A stretch of DNA of 64,000 nt from Bacteroidia bacterium (GTDB lineage: Bacteria > Bacteroidota > Bacteroidia > Bacteroidales > CAJPTX01): the NCBI GenBank assembly GCA_002749065.1, contig PDTX01000003.1, forward strand, positions 15,898-79,897, written 5' to 3'. Shown piece by piece: positions 62,347-64,000 of this stretch. Made by a program: the position numbers and the translations under genes. Numbering within the stretch: the stretch's first letter is position 1; every line of letters begins with the position of its first letter. Under the pieces are notes generated by a model. It did not search any database and was not told the origin of the DNA. It was given only the letters and a program-made list of their open reading frames with translations.

Positions 62347-62645
62347 GGCTCTTCGTCAGAAAGTGTACTCTTGATTTGTACCGTAGATTATCAACCGGAT
62401 AAACTCCTTATTCCTAAAGCCATAGGCGCGCCGGAATAGCGTCCGGAAAAGGTTGTTCTTGCCCTCTAGCATACCTGAGCTAATTTGATACTTGCAGAAA
62501 GCTATGATGCCATCTCGATGTTGCTGCAATGAATTTGACAGCGCATTGAAACTACTGGCTCCCAAATTCTTAGCCATTTCAATGCATGTATCAAGCGTAG
62601 AAACAGCCTTAAGCATTGACGGTTGCTGAATTGCCTTCCGATACC
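62347..62645 (-). mobile_element. ISL3-family element remnant (transposase C-terminus and terminal inverted repeat)
   Basis: ISSGMLEGKNN...RRAYGFRN motif; terminus GGCTCTTCGTCAGAAAG containing the stop codon. Confidence 0.8.
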
Positions 62646-63293
62646 CTAGTAAATCCCCCTGTCCCAGCTCCCCCCCTCGCGCCGCACCGGCACTTTCAGC
62701 CCCGTGTAGGCCAGGTAGCGGTACATGGTCCCCGGCGCAACGCCCACCCGCTTCGCCATCTTCACAACGGACATGCCCCCATCCAGCGCCTTGGATATCC
62801 AATCATGCCTCCTTACGCACTTGGGGTTCAGCTGGCTACGCCGCCCAAGCGGCCTCCCCAGCTTTACCCCCTCAGCCCGCCGCCGCGCCAGGGCCTCCTG
62901 CGTCCTGGTGCTGATGAGCTCCCGCTCCACCTCCGCGCAGAGACCCAGCGAGAAGGCCAGCACCTTGCTCTGCAGGTCGTCGGTCAGGCAGTAGCCCTCC
63001 TTGATGGTCCGTACGCAGCAGCGCTTCTGCATGCACCCATTCAGTATCTCCATTATCATGAACAGGTTGCGCCCCAGGCGGGAGAGCTCGGTGCAGAGGA
63101 TGGTGTCCCCCTCCTCGAGCGCCTCGAGGACACCCCCGAGCTTCCGCTCGCCGTAGGCCCGCGTCCCGCTGATGGTCTCCTCCACCCAGCTATCCACCGC
63201 GAGCCCCTCCCGCTTGCAGTACTCGCCTATCTCGTAGCGCTGGTTCTCCACCGTCTGCTTATCGCTGCTGACGCGGATGTAGCCGTATATCAT
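62646..63293 (-). CDS. Serine recombinase, Mpi-family DNA invertase
   Basis: MIYGYIRVSSDKQTVENQR, ELSRLGRNLFMIMEILN.CM and QSKVLAF...AE.ER.LIS.RT.EALAR; C-terminal HTH; closely resembles Bacteroides Mpi as recalled. Confidence 0.85.
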   Translation of the reverse strand: MIYGYIRVSSDKQTVENQRYEIGEYCKREGLAVDSWVEETISGTRAYGERKLGGVLEALEEGDTILCTELSRLGRNLFMIMEILNGCMQKRCCVRTIKEGYCLTDDLQSKVLAFSLGLCAEVERELISTRTQEALARRRAEGVKLGRPLGRRSQLNPKCVRRHDWISKALDGGMSVVKMAKRVGVAPGTMYRYLAYTGLKVPVRREGGSWDRGIY

Positions 63294-63483
63294 TCTTCCC
63301 CCTCCCTGATTTCCCCGCCACCCGGCAGAATGCGGTTTGTACCCCTTGAACTCTCCCCGCGAATATACCCCACCTTCGCCACGCCCCCGTGGGGCCATCG
63401 GCCCATCGGGGAGCGCGCAGCCCGCCGGATTTTTCCTACCTTAGCGCGCCCGCCCACCGTGTAACACCTGAACCGTGCTCCGT

Positions 63484-64000
63484 ATGCGTAGGATTGTTCG
63501 ACTACTCGCCCAGGCATCCATCGGCCTGCTGCTGCTGGTGCTCCCGGGCCCCTCGAGGGCGGAGGGGCTGCTGCTCCCCCGGCCGCGAAACCTGGTGAAC
63601 GATTCGGCCTTCGTGCTGAGCACCAGCGAGATTGAGGGCCTGGAGAGGGTCCTGCGGGCCTACATGGACAGCACGAGCCGGCAGGTCTTCGTGGTCACGG
63701 TGCGGGACCTCAAGGGCCACGATGCCAACGGCTTCGCCACCGAGCTGGGCAACCAGTGGGCGGCGGGCCAGCGGGGGCTCGACAACGGGGTGATTATCCT
63801 CCTGCGCCCGGGGCGCGACCTGCCACGGCGGGCGGCATCCGATAGCGCGGACCTGGCCCCCAGCCCGGCGGGCGATGGGGCAGACCTGGGGGAGGGCTAC
63901 ATTGCGGTGGGCTACGGCCTGGAGCCGGTGCTGCCCGACGCGCTGGCCGCCCGCATTGTCCGCGAGGTCATGGGTCCGTTGGTGGTGGAGGGGCGCGTCT
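63484..64000 (+). CDS. TPM domain-containing protein (3' truncated by window edge)
   Basis: Signal peptide; VNDSAFVLS, VVTV..L, W..G....DNGVIILL and IAVGYGLEPVLPD motifs. Confidence 0.88.
   Translation, partial: MRRIVRLLAQASIGLLLLVLPGPSRAEGLLLPRPRNLVNDSAFVLSTSEIEGLERVLRAYMDSTSRQVFVVTVRDLKGHDANGFATELGNQWAAGQRGLDNGVIILLRPGRDLPRRAASDSADLAPSPAGDGADLGEGYIAVGYGLEPVLPDALAARIVREVMGPLVVEGRV

Overview
High-GC (roughly 65% by eye) Bacteroidota chromosome segment, most likely Bacteroidales. Support: TAnnTTTG-type promoters, DUF349, DUF1573 and DUF5686 genes, and a PorE-like OmpA protein. Most of the window is core metabolism and housekeeping: vor and ior 2-oxoacid oxidoreductases, recA, pyrG, yidC, mdh, tmk, ffh, folD, cls, phoH, purC, pyrBI, thiL, rpmE2, lon, kdsD and purM. 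Accessory regions are: (i) four hypothetical genes including DUF1266 and WGR proteins (3.4-7.2 kb); (ii) a btuB/btuG/btuH-like uptake trio with no riboswitch; (iii) two tandem FGE-type C-lectin paralogues whose 3' ends resemble variable regions of diversity-generating retroelement (DGR) targets, with no reverse transcriptase or template repeat in the window; (iv) a structured leader upstream of yigZ-pyrBI; (v) a COG1373 ATPase-nuclease gene with tandem palindromic operators, converging on a helicase-less Type ISP/IIG restriction-modification gene; (vi) an rRNA pseudouridine synthase with 24 RRESR(Y/F)G(R/S)DD repeats; (vii) a decayed right end containing a frameshifted lipoprotein gene, a truncated low-GC gene, an ISL3 remnant and an Mpi-like serine invertase. 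No tRNA, rRNA or CRISPR array was seen. All calls come from reading motifs by eye; no database searches were run.
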